From Oligoflexia bacterium (GTDB lineage: Bacteria > Bdellovibrionota > UBA1018), in NCBI GenBank assembly GCA_963758495.1, contig CAVWVI010000003.1, positions 832,001-896,000 of the forward strand: 64,000 bases of DNA, in the 5' to 3' direction. The notes under the pieces are model-generated. The model searched no databases. It was not told where the DNA came from and was given only the letters and a program-made list of their open reading frames with translations. Made by a program: the position numbers and the translations under genes. Positions 39,642-48,765 of this stretch are shown piece by piece. The first letter of the stretch is position 1, and each line of letters begins with the position of its first letter.

Positions 39642-40304
39642 AAATCGTTCGATAAATTCATGGATTTGGGGACTACTCCAATCTTGAGGTCCAACCCATT
39701 TCATGATGATTTTTGATTCGGGGCTAATCAAATAGGTTTCTGGGAATTGAAAGGTTCCGTAGACATCCGGTGTTTTTCCAGACATATCTAATAATGACGT
39801 AATATTATTAGGTAAATTTTGATCAGGTAATATTTTTAAAGCATCATCCCATTTTTGATCCAAACTAATAGCAACCAGCTTCAGAGGTCGATTTTTAAAA
39901 AACGCTCCTAACTCAACCCACTGAGGTATTTCATCCAGACAAGGAGGGCACCAGCTTGCCCAAAAGTGCAAGATGACGGTCGCCCCTTGAAAGTCCTTTA
40001 AACTCACGATTTTTCCCGCTCGGCTGGGTAAGGTAAACACTGGAGCTTCCCTCAGAGTAGAAGCTGTGGGTGCAGAAGGACTCAAGTGCATGAACGTAGA
40101 GTTTTGATTTTTTTGACCCCTCGTGTAGGTAAAAATCACGCCTGTTAGAATGACCAAAACTACCCCTAGCAAAAGAACACGACGCATCGAGCTAAGTGGC
40201 TTTATTATTTTATGTGCCATATTATGCGTCATTTTATGGGGGTTATGGGGGTTATGAGGGTTATGAGAGATCTTAACTGTAGCGTGACGCTTTGCTTTTA
40301 TCAT
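39633..40304 (-). CDS. TlpA-family thiol-disulfide oxidoreductase
   Basis: TM anchor; FWASWCPPC; start uncertain. Confidence 0.88.
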   Translation of the reverse strand: MIKAKRHATVKISHNPHNPHNPHKMTHNMAHKIIKPLSSMRRVLLLGVVLVILTGVIFTYTRGQKNQNSTFMHLSPSAPTASTLREAPVFTLPSRAGKIVSLKDFQGATVILHFWASWCPPCLDEIPQWVELGAFFKNRPLKLVAISLDQKWDDALKILPDQNLPNNITSLLDMSGKTPDVYGTFQFPETYLISPESKIIMKWVGPQDWSSPQIHEFIERFLK

Positions 40305-40412
40305 GGTGCCTCATAATACTAGATACTGACTCTACTTGATACTTGCTGAATTCTTAGCGTCCTACTTTAGAAGAAGTTGCAAGCTCTTTCAATTACCATT
40401 TATAATAGATTC

Positions 40413-40976
40413 ATGAACCATGCACTCGTCCTTAACGCATCGTTCGAACCGCTTCACATCGTAACTTGGCAACGAGCGATTCAGCTTCTTTTTCAAGGTA
40501 AAGTGGAAGTGGTCGAAGAATCCGATCAGGAAGTGAGAACGGTGCGGTTTACCATTAAAATTCCTGCAGTTCTACGTCTCCTGAACTATGTGCCTCTTGC
40601 CAGGAAAAAGGAAATAGTTCGCTTTTCTCGAGTCAATATCTTCCTCAGAGACCAAAATATTTGCCAATACTGTGGAAACCCCTTTAATAAGGCTCACTTG
40701 ACCCTCGATCATGTCATGCCTATTGTTCAAGGAGGAAAAAAATGCTGGGAAAATATCGTGACTGCCTGCAAACCCTGCAATCAACAAAAAGGAGGAAGAA
40801 CACCTCCTCAAGCTGGAATGCACCTCATTCGAAAACCTAAGCAGCCCAATTGGCTTCCCATCACAAATCTACAATTGGGAATTACTCGTACACCTGAAAG
40901 ATGGAAAATCTACATGAGATTAGAAAAAAATAGGGGAACGAATAGAGAACTAGGCACTGATGACGACCTCGAGTAA
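40413..40976 (+). CDS. HNH endonuclease
   Basis: LVLNASFEPL, CQYCG, TLDHVMP, GG...WEN..TAC..CN..K. Confidence 0.9.
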   Translation: MNHALVLNASFEPLHIVTWQRAIQLLFQGKVEVVEESDQEVRTVRFTIKIPAVLRLLNYVPLARKKEIVRFSRVNIFLRDQNICQYCGNPFNKAHLTLDHVMPIVQGGKKCWENIVTACKPCNQQKGGRTPPQAGMHLIRKPKQPNWLPITNLQLGITRTPERWKIYMRLEKNRGTNRELGTDDDLE

Positions 40977-41003
40977 GGTATTCGAAGTGAGGAGAAATTC
41001 GTT

Positions 41004-41480
41004 TTGGGCTCTAGCAATACTCTAGATCACTTGATGCAATCTTATGGCGATCTACTTTTCGATTTATGTGAGTCGATGTTTAGGAATACAGATCATTCAC
41101 AAATTGTCTTTCGTTCAATTTTAAAAAAAATTAATTTTGAAAGTCGATTTCGGAAATACTCACGCTATGAACGTGCCTGGATTGTTAAAACTGCCTTTGA
41201 ACAACTTTTAGAATTCTGCCATCAAACTGATTCAAAAACTTCTCCTTTAGAACAAATCAAATTAGATGGAAGTAAGAATGTTTCCATTAGACTGGACAAT
41301 TTCAACTCTTATTTTCACCGACTGATGCCAGAAGATCAGATTTTACTTTTGCTAAAAGATAAGTATGGATTTCCTGATACGGAGATTTCAACCGTAATGA
41401 GTACTCCTGTGGGCTCTTTAAAAATAAGACGCCAACAAGCACTTCGCGCACTCGAGGAGTGGCTTTGGAACGGACAATGA
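41004..41480 (+). CDS. Divergent ECF-type RNA polymerase sigma factor
   Basis: Region 4-like L..EDQILLLLK...G....EI...M..PVGSLK.R; coupled to the zf-HC2 gene. Confidence 0.65.
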   Translation: MGSSNTLDHLMQSYGDLLFDLCESMFRNTDHSQIVFRSILKKINFESRFRKYSRYERAWIVKTAFEQLLEFCHQTDSKTSPLEQIKLDGSKNVSIRLDNFNSYFHRLMPEDQILLLLKDKYGFPDTEISTVMSTPVGSLKIRRQQALRALEEWLWNGQ

Positions 41481-42451
41481 ACTGCTTTCAATGGCAAAAT
41501 CACTCCTCTGATTATCTCGACGGAAATATGCCTACCCACCTCAAGCAAAAGGCTGACGATCATCTCAAGCAGTGCAGAGATTGCCGACAACACTACCATC
41601 ATTATCGACTCATCCTTACATCCATCACAAGACAACCTATGAAAACTCTCCCTGCCTCGCTGAAGAAAGCTCCCTTGCGGTTGGCAGTGCCACGACCTCA
41701 GTCGATTCGAATCAGACTTTCTCAATGGGAAAGAATACCTTGGTATCTCCGAACGCTCCTAGAAGGAGTTGGAATCGTTTTCATTATTCTTATTGCGATT
41801 TCGTCCGCACCTAAACTACGAACTCTCTATGAAAAAAATATTGAACGTAGCTTAAACGACTTTAAAGAAAGCCTCGATATAACCCCACCTCTCGCAGAGG
41901 AAATCGACCTTTCAGTTCCACCTTCGCAAGAAAAGCAATCTGCTGATCTAGGTAGCACTCCCTCATCAGAAGACGCTGTTTCAGGAGAAGATGAAGCTGA
42001 AGAGGCAGCTCCTAGTGAAATCAATGCTCCCGTAGGTAAATCACAGCTCTGGCGTTTTACTTTAAAAAGTGTCAGCCTCGATGAGATTCGACCCCAAGTG
42101 GTAAAAACCCTTAAAGACCTTGGGATCTCCCCTCATAGCACCGGAGCAGCCAAAATAGCCGAAACAGAAGGCCTTCAAGTTCCAGGAGGAATCGAGTTCA
42201 ATCTGATTCTTCCTGACAATCAGATCCCTGGCTTGAAAAATGCGCTAGAAAAGCTCGTCACACACCCCCTAGAACAAGGGACTTTAGCTTCTGGCGCAAG
42301 TTCTGGATCAACGTCAGGAGCTGGGCCAGGTAGTGGACCAAGTACTGGACCAAGTGGAAATGACAACTTCTCTTGGTATCGAGTGAAATCTAAGCGGGGT
42401 CTTCCAGAAGGAAAATCTCAGGTGGTCATTTGGTTAGCTCAGCCTAACTAG
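41477..42451 (+). CDS. Zinc-finger (zf-HC2) anti-sigma factor
   Basis: C......SDYLDG...HL..C..C; TM helix; ATGA overlap with the sigma gene. Confidence 0.8.
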   Translation: MNCFQWQNHSSDYLDGNMPTHLKQKADDHLKQCRDCRQHYHHYRLILTSITRQPMKTLPASLKKAPLRLAVPRPQSIRIRLSQWERIPWYLRTLLEGVGIVFIILIAISSAPKLRTLYEKNIERSLNDFKESLDITPPLAEEIDLSVPPSQEKQSADLGSTPSSEDAVSGEDEAEEAAPSEINAPVGKSQLWRFTLKSVSLDEIRPQVVKTLKDLGISPHSTGAAKIAETEGLQVPGGIEFNLILPDNQIPGLKNALEKLVTHPLEQGTLASGASSGSTSGAGPGSGPSTGPSGNDNFSWYRVKSKRGLPEGKSQVVIWLAQPN

Positions 42452-42489
42452 TCGCTGCCGCGAAATAGTTCCTTTAGGGCTGCTTACAT

Positions 42490-43857
42490 TCACTGTTCAA
42501 AATTATTCATATTCCCCACTGTTTCGTCAGGAGACGTAACGTCTTGTAATGGCATCTTAGGGGTCGGCTGAATTTCACCAGAACGAATGAGATCTGAATT
42601 AATCTGATCTGCATTCAAAGCTTTCGGATCCAGAGTTACACTATTATACCCTACCCCGGGATTTGAAGAGTTCCCATTATTTGGGGGGAGTTTGATGCGT
42701 TCCATCCCTGTATAAAATTTAGGCTGTTGGAATTGTTTGCCATTCATTTTTTTCTGGTTAGAAGCTCCATTAGGCGCCCGATTAGACGGATTAGACAGAT
42801 TAGACGAAGGCGCATTCGCTTGTTGCTGCATACGGGCAGCCAAACCACTTGCCTGATCTATAAATATGCCTCTAGATTCTGCAAATATACCATAATTCGC
42901 ATCCTCTTCTGGATTCTTATCGTTATAGAACTTTTTTGCCTTCTCTTGGATCTCCTTCTGAGTCAAATTGGGATTTTTACCTTGAGCTTTAAGATAATCA
43001 TCCGCTTGAGTTCGATCTATTTTCCAAGCATCATTGGCAATCTTAAATTGCACTTCATTCGGTATGGGCTTCATGCCATTCATTTCTTTAACCGTAAATT
43101 TTTGATCAGGATCAAGCTGATTCGGATCTTTATAAATATCTTTATATTTTACATAGTCTGATGCTTGAGGTTGAGCATAGCCATGCTTAGCAAGACTCTC
43201 CGCATTCGCTGTATATTGTTTTATGATTTGATCATAGTCTTGTTGGGTCATCTTTTTAACCACACCATTAGGATCGCCTTCAAATTTCTTTTTAGCCCAG
43301 GCCTGTAAGTCTTTATAGGTTGGAAAGTAGGGCAATTGAGGTCTATCACTTCGCTGAATAGCAATGGTGGGAGCGTTTCCTGCGATCAAACAATTTCCCT
43401 TTTCGTCGAACTTCTCACAAGCGAGTCGGGCCTGCTCTTCATGACTCCCCAACATACTGTTTTGAATTTGGGTTAGAAACGGCTTTTGTAAAATATAATA
43501 ACGCTCAACACAGTTACTGATAGGCTCTTCAGGCTCGCAAAAATCACCTAGAATATTTTTTTGTCGTGCCTCCTCCCCATGAAGGCTGGCCATTTTTAAT
43601 TCACCGATCTTATTCAAGATGAAGTCGGCAATGAGAGAATTGACTTCCAGTGCTTTTTGATGTGCCTTCCCAATTTCCGGTGGATCTGGAATACTGGAAG
43701 GCCCAGAAGTAGGAAGAGGAGGTGGAGTCACTCCTTCAGCCTGTCCATTAAATTCCTCCAATCCTACCGCAAATGATATTTGAGAACACAAAGATAGAGA
43801 AAGACCGCAAAAGAGCAGCAAAATCAAAGTCAATTTGCGATCCTGTAAGGAGGTCAT
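42490..43857 (-). CDS. Secreted hypothetical protein
   Basis: Signal peptide, 455-aa ORF, Gln/Asn/Pro-rich tail. Confidence 0.7.
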   Translation of the reverse strand: MTSLQDRKLTLILLLFCGLSLSLCSQISFAVGLEEFNGQAEGVTPPPLPTSGPSSIPDPPEIGKAHQKALEVNSLIADFILNKIGELKMASLHGEEARQKNILGDFCEPEEPISNCVERYYILQKPFLTQIQNSMLGSHEEQARLACEKFDEKGNCLIAGNAPTIAIQRSDRPQLPYFPTYKDLQAWAKKKFEGDPNGVVKKMTQQDYDQIIKQYTANAESLAKHGYAQPQASDYVKYKDIYKDPNQLDPDQKFTVKEMNGMKPIPNEVQFKIANDAWKIDRTQADDYLKAQGKNPNLTQKEIQEKAKKFYNDKNPEEDANYGIFAESRGIFIDQASGLAARMQQQANAPSSNLSNPSNRAPNGASNQKKMNGKQFQQPKFYTGMERIKLPPNNGNSSNPGVGYNSVTLDPKALNADQINSDLIRSGEIQPTPKMPLQDVTSPDETVGNMNNFEQ

Positions 43858-43947
43858 GATTCTTTCATTATAGCAAGAAGCATGACCCCTTCGCAGTGTT
43901 TTATTTAACTTTTAGTATTTATTAAATAGTCTCGTTAATTCAAAGAG

Positions 43948-44949
43948 TTACTTAACACTCACCAGGCGAAGTCCTACATCCGGGCTCGCATGGGCGGGAT
44001 TCGTAGGGATTCGCGCAGCAGATCGAACATTCCGAACGTCTAAGTACCAACTCCCCCCCCGAATCACCCGATTCGAGCTAGATGCTGAATAATACGTATC
44101 TGTTTGCTTAAAGATATTGCCTGATAAATTCCGAAATCCTCTTGCATTGGGCTGCACATAATCTACGTCTGAAGGACCCTCCAGATAATTTTTGCCAAAT
44201 ACTGCAAAAAAATTAATGGCTATCCGATCTTTACAATTAGCTCCAGAGTACCTGGAATGCTTGGCCGTAATTTTAACGGTTTTCCCAGGACGACTAGGAT
44301 CTCTAACTTCTTCTACATGACCTGGATCAAGAGGAATCGTAGTCGCATACTCAATCTGCTCTTCACTCGGTCTTTTGAATTGGAGTACTGTCGTCTTTGG
44401 GTAAGCCACAGGCCAAAGCTCGGCGACCTTTTGATTGAGCCTAGCAATATAGATATCCCATTCAGCGTAGGTTAACCCTCTTTGTGGTTTTTTAGAGTGA
44501 TTTTTTCCGCTACCCATTAAATAATCATAATTGGCTTCGGTCACATCATCTACTGCCATAAAGTAACCTTCTTTAATTTCCACATATTTTCGTGGCTCAT
44601 TGCTATTTGGATTAGGCTCGTCTGCTTCTCGCCCCATCACAAACGAGCCTGGCTCTACCCATTTCAAATCACCTACGCCAAGTTTTAGAAGTTTTTTCTG
44701 AGCCCATTGAGCTTGTCTTTCTGCAGCTTGATTTTGGGTTACATGATGAATGGTCTTGCATCCCTGATTGAAATGAAGCCAATCCTTCTGACTTAAGTAA
44801 TTGCTTACTTCATGGATGAGCGCATCAGGCAAATGCTGAAAGCTTCCATCGCCGTCTCCTCCTGCGAGACTCTGGGAGGAAACCATTAAAGTTAAAATAA
44901 AAACAGTTACCCAATTATATTTATACTTCATACAAAAGCCTTTTTTCAT
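43948..44949 (-). CDS. Secreted F-box-like plus FGE-sulfatase (SUMF1/CLec) domain protein
   Basis: Signal peptide; FQHLPDALIHEVSNYLSQKDWLHFNQGCK F-box; GSFVMG, PNARGFRNLSGN, RGGSW...GLRL. Confidence 0.8.
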   Translation of the reverse strand: MKKGFCMKYKYNWVTVFILTLMVSSQSLAGGDGDGSFQHLPDALIHEVSNYLSQKDWLHFNQGCKTIHHVTQNQAAERQAQWAQKKLLKLGVGDLKWVEPGSFVMGREADEPNPNSNEPRKYVEIKEGYFMAVDDVTEANYDYLMGSGKNHSKKPQRGLTYAEWDIYIARLNQKVAELWPVAYPKTTVLQFKRPSEEQIEYATTIPLDPGHVEEVRDPSRPGKTVKITAKHSRYSGANCKDRIAINFFAVFGKNYLEGPSDVDYVQPNARGFRNLSGNIFKQTDTYYSASSSNRVIRGGSWYLDVRNVRSAARIPTNPAHASPDVGLRLVSVK

Positions 44950-44970
44950 ACCTTTCCTGAAAGCAAGTAG

Positions 44971-44986
44971 AGCAAGTATCAGACCG
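44971..44986 (-). promoter_or_regulatory. Possible sigma54 -24/-12 promoter of the F-box gene
   Basis: CGGTCT-GATAC-TTGCT (GG-N10-GC). Confidence 0.4.
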
Positions 44987-45198
44987 TTTTAATGCATTGC
45001 ATAATATGTTGTTTTTTAAGGTATTTTTGAGCCTACTCAAACAGATGAACCAAGAATGAGCCAGGAAGGTGTCTAAGCATTGAGCAAGTGCGCATTCTTT
45101 TTTGCTGTATGATTTTTTGCTGTGGAAGTTTTTCGCAATTTTGTCGCAATTGCACAAACCGTTACGCAGTGCTAGATTGCTGACCCACGGGAGTCATT

Positions 45199-46170
45199 AT
45201 GGCTGAAAGAATTCTGCATATGATCGGCTTCGGCAGCCAAGGCTCAGCCTGGGCGCAATGCCTGAAAGCTTCTGAATGGAAGGTTCGAATTTACTTGGAT
45301 CGCCAAGGGAAATCCTTCGATCGAGCTTGCGCGCTTGGATTTGAACCCTTGTCCCTCTCTGAGCTTCCACAATCCATTTCCTCAAATTCTGCTACACACT
45401 GGGTTGCCATGCTCTGCCCAGACTCACTGATTGCCTCTATTTATGAGGAATGGATCTCTCACTCTTCGGCAGAGATCCGCCTTATTTTAGCTCACGGTTA
45501 TAGTGTTTATTCAGATGAACTCCAATTGAAGAGTCCACGACATCAAGCAACTTTGCTAGCTCCCAAAGCCATTGGTCCTAAGTTACTCCAAGGGTTTCGA
45601 GATTCGTTTCCCCACCCTCACCGGTTGGTCGCTGCTTTTACCCGTCCTTCCTCCGAATCAGACTCAGAGTATCTGATTCAAATCGCTCGAAGCCTCGGAT
45701 TTGATCGAAAAGCACTTGTCCCTGCAAGTTTTGAAGAAGAAGCGATCGGCGATTTAATCTCAGAACAAGGTCTTCTTTGTGGTGGAGTTATGAATCTTTT
45801 AGAATGGACTCTGGAAGCAATGGCAAAAGCTGGAGTTCCCCCTGCACTCATTCGTGAAGAATGCCTTACAGAATTAGAACTCATCGCGGGTCTCCTCCGA
45901 GAAAAGGGTCCAGCAAAAACTTTTCAATCGATCAGTCAAGCGGCTCAAAGTGGAACCATTGCGATGGCCAACCGTTTGGAGTCATCTGGTTTCAAAAAGG
46001 AATTTTTAGCTCAAATAGCAAGCGTTCAAGATCGGAAATTTGTAAACTATTTTCAATCAGGAGATTGGCGTCAATCAGCCAATGACTTTACTGCACGCCT
46101 TTCACGTTGGGAAAAATACTTAGAAAAAGCTGACTTTAAAACTGATTCTCAGGAGAACCCTCTTTTATGA
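45199..46170 (+). CDS. ilvC: Ketol-acid reductoisomerase-like protein (probable ketopantoate reductase role)
   Basis: IGFGSQG, AHGY, APK..G, FEEE..GDL.SEQ..LCGG, EC..ELELI. Confidence 0.75.
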   Translation: MAERILHMIGFGSQGSAWAQCLKASEWKVRIYLDRQGKSFDRACALGFEPLSLSELPQSISSNSATHWVAMLCPDSLIASIYEEWISHSSAEIRLILAHGYSVYSDELQLKSPRHQATLLAPKAIGPKLLQGFRDSFPHPHRLVAAFTRPSSESDSEYLIQIARSLGFDRKALVPASFEEEAIGDLISEQGLLCGGVMNLLEWTLEAMAKAGVPPALIREECLTELELIAGLLREKGPAKTFQSISQAAQSGTIAMANRLESSGFKKEFLAQIASVQDRKFVNYFQSGDWRQSANDFTARLSRWEKYLEKADFKTDSQENPLL

Positions 46171-46985
46171 GTTCCGAATTTTTAACTAAAGCAGTCACTG
46201 TCCCGTGGGTACGAGCACAAAAGGGTAAGCAAAAACTGACCATGCTCACTGCCTATGATTATCCGACCGCCGTATTACTCGACGAAACGGGAATTGATTT
46301 ACTTTTAGTGGGGGATAGTGTTGCAACAGTGATGTATGGAGAGCCGAATACACTTTCAGTAACTCTGGAGGATATGATCCGACATACACTCGCAGTTTCA
46401 CGCGGCGCAAAGCGCGCACTGGTTGTAGGAGATCTACCCTTCATGAGTTACCAGGTCAGTATTGAACAAGCACTCACCAGTGCTGGAAGAGTGCTTAAAG
46501 AAGGACATGCTCAAGCCATTAAGCTAGAAGGAGGCTCTGAGATTGCTCCCACGGTCAAGGCACTCACACGTGCAGGCATTCCGGTCGTTGGACATATTGG
46601 ACTCACCCCCCAAAGTATCAATACTCTTGGCACATACCGTATGCATGGAAAAACATTCGAAGAACGAAGCTACCTTCTTGAATCAGCCCAAGCTCTTTCC
46701 ACTGCCGGCGCGTTCGCTCTAGTGTTGGAATGCGTAGAAGAACATTTAGCGGAAGAAATTACTGAAGAAATTCCTATTCCGACCATTGGTATTGGTGCCG
46801 GCCAGAATTGCGATGGACAAGTCTTAGTTACCCAAGACCTCGTTGGACTGACCGTGGGTCGGATTCCTAAATTCGTTCATCCACTTGCGTCTCTTCGAGA
46901 ACCTTATCAACAAGCGATTGCTAGGTTCATCAAAAGAACACATCAGGAAGAGAAATCTGGAGACAACTTTGTTTCTAGCAATTGA
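46167..46985 (+). CDS. panB: 3-methyl-2-oxobutanoate hydroxymethyltransferase
   Basis: MLTAYD, LVGDS, KLEGG, GHIGLTPQ, GIGAG..CDGQVLV. Confidence 0.96.
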   Translation: MSSEFLTKAVTVPWVRAQKGKQKLTMLTAYDYPTAVLLDETGIDLLLVGDSVATVMYGEPNTLSVTLEDMIRHTLAVSRGAKRALVVGDLPFMSYQVSIEQALTSAGRVLKEGHAQAIKLEGGSEIAPTVKALTRAGIPVVGHIGLTPQSINTLGTYRMHGKTFEERSYLLESAQALSTAGAFALVLECVEEHLAEEITEEIPIPTIGIGAGQNCDGQVLVTQDLVGLTVGRIPKFVHPLASLREPYQQAIARFIKRTHQEEKSGDNFVSSN

Positions 46986-47757
46986 TGTTGGAAATACTCA
47001 CACCGTACTGGGTTATTTTTCTAAAAATCAGCTCCAAAAAACGTGGCGTGTATCCACTCATCCACTTTGTACGTCTGATGAATTTAAACTTAAATTAGAG
47101 ATGATTTTAAACTCTTCGGGAATGACTCTGAAAGAGGTGGGTGCTGTTGTCGTTTCGTCAGTGGTTCCACCCTTTACTCAAATGCTTCGCATGGCGTTTG
47201 AACCAAAAATTCTTCATATTATTGATCACACCTGGCCTTTTTCCTTTCATTTAAAAGCTAACCCGCCTCAGCAAGTAGGAGCAGATCGACTCGTCAATGC
47301 AGAAGCAGTCGTCAGGAATTATGGATATCCCAGCATTGTTGTAGATTCAGGCACTGCCACTACACTTTGTGCGATCACCAAAACTCCGCAAGGCGAAGCT
47401 GAATACTTAGGAGGAGCCATCATTCCTGGCATAGAACTCTCAATGGAAGCGCTTGTTAAAAATACTGCCCAGCTTTTCAAAGTTGAACTCACTCCGCCTC
47501 CGCAGGCCATAGGAAGAAACACCCAAGAAGCCCTCAGGAGCGGAATCGTTTTAGGTTATGCATCCATGATTGATGCCATGATCGATCGGTTCAAAAAAGA
47601 ACTTGGAAATCAGGATATCCCAGTCGTCGCAACCGGTGGGATTGGGCATTTAATGAAGGGACTCACAAAAGAAGTCACTCACTTTGAACCTGATTTAACC
47701 CTGATTGGAATTTCTTACCTTTATGACTCCATCCATGCCTCAATCCGACATCATTAG
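46969..47757 (+). CDS. coaX: Type III pantothenate kinase
   Basis: IDVGNT, GADR, VDSGTATT, GGAI.PG, ATGG; TTG start after GGAG. Confidence 0.93.
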   Translation: MFLAIDVGNTHTVLGYFSKNQLQKTWRVSTHPLCTSDEFKLKLEMILNSSGMTLKEVGAVVVSSVVPPFTQMLRMAFEPKILHIIDHTWPFSFHLKANPPQQVGADRLVNAEAVVRNYGYPSIVVDSGTATTLCAITKTPQGEAEYLGGAIIPGIELSMEALVKNTAQLFKVELTPPPQAIGRNTQEALRSGIVLGYASMIDAMIDRFKKELGNQDIPVVATGGIGHLMKGLTKEVTHFEPDLTLIGISYLYDSIHASIRHH

Positions 47758-48688
47758 TCGAGACGTAACGCCTCGGCCTCGAATTTCATCCCCTCAAGTG
47801 TTTACGAAGATTTCAGAAATTCAAGAATGGCGTCATAGTATCCAGAGTACTGTCTGTGTGGGCTTTACCCCCACAATGGGAGCTTTACACGAAGGACATG
47901 CTACGCTTCTTAGAGCAGCCAGGGCACGCAGCGACTTTTCAGTGCTTTCCATTTTCGTCAATCCTACCCAATTTGGACCCAAAGAAGATCTGTCAAAGTA
48001 CCCTCGCACGTGGGAGCATGACTTGAAGGTAGCGGCTCACGAGGGAGTCGATATTATTTTTGCACCCTCTCCCGAAGAACTCTATCCACATGGATATTCA
48101 ACATTTGTGGAAGAGCTTGAACTGAGTCAACCCCTCTGTGGTCAATTCAGACCCGGCCATTTTCGAGGAGTCACTACGATTGTTTTGAAGTTATTCAATA
48201 TCGTTCAACCCCATCTAGCTCTTTTTGGAATGAAGGATGCACAACAGTTTTTTGTAATAGAAAAAATGGTTCGTGACCTCAATCTCAAGGTAGTGGTCGA
48301 AGGAATTCCCACAGTTCGCGAATCCGATGGGCTCGCATTGAGTTCTAGAAATGTCTATCTTTCAAAGGATGAGCGAGAACGCGCTCCATTGCTGTATAAG
48401 ACTCTTCTAAAAATTAAAGCGGCGTTGAAAGAACCGCTGAAAAAACCGTTGAAGAAAGAACCGTTGAAAGATGGGTTTGATCCTATTATTGATCTTCTGC
48501 CTTATACACAGTCTTTAGAAAAAGAAGGATTTCGGGTCCAATACTTAGAGTGCCTTCCGTTAAAAACGGGATTACAAACTGAGCTACAAACTAAAATACA
48601 AACTCGGCAATCCTACCTCATTGCAGTAGCGGCATACCTGGGCCAAACTCGACTGATTGATAACGTGATTTTGAGTGACTCACTATAA
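47723..48688 (+). CDS. panC: Pantoate-beta-alanine ligase
   Basis: PTMGALHEGH, FVNPTQF, RPGHFRGV, GLALSSRN, TRLIDN. Confidence 0.96.
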   Translation: MTPSMPQSDIISRDVTPRPRISSPQVFTKISEIQEWRHSIQSTVCVGFTPTMGALHEGHATLLRAARARSDFSVLSIFVNPTQFGPKEDLSKYPRTWEHDLKVAAHEGVDIIFAPSPEELYPHGYSTFVEELELSQPLCGQFRPGHFRGVTTIVLKLFNIVQPHLALFGMKDAQQFFVIEKMVRDLNLKVVVEGIPTVRESDGLALSSRNVYLSKDERERAPLLYKTLLKIKAALKEPLKKPLKKEPLKDGFDPIIDLLPYTQSLEKEGFRVQYLECLPLKTGLQTELQTKIQTRQSYLIAVAAYLGQTRLIDNVILSDSL

Positions 48689-48765
48689 GATGTAAGCAGG
48701 CCCTAGAGGAACTACTTACATTAGACTTTACATTTAAAAGCACTTAATTACCTCTCGATGAAATT

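Noticed and set aside
40413..40976. HNH as a mobile-element, Cas9 or IscB component
   Set aside because: Stand-alone common HNH family with no RuvC, repeats or methylase nearby.
43872..43889. Sigma54 box upstream of the 42490 gene (similar one upstream of tamA)
   Set aside because: GG-to-GC spacing or the GG itself is wrong; better explained as an extended -10.
43948..44110. Diversity-generating retroelement target (CLec/FGE C-terminus)
   Set aside because: No template repeat or reverse transcriptase seen in the window; a remote DGR cannot be excluded.
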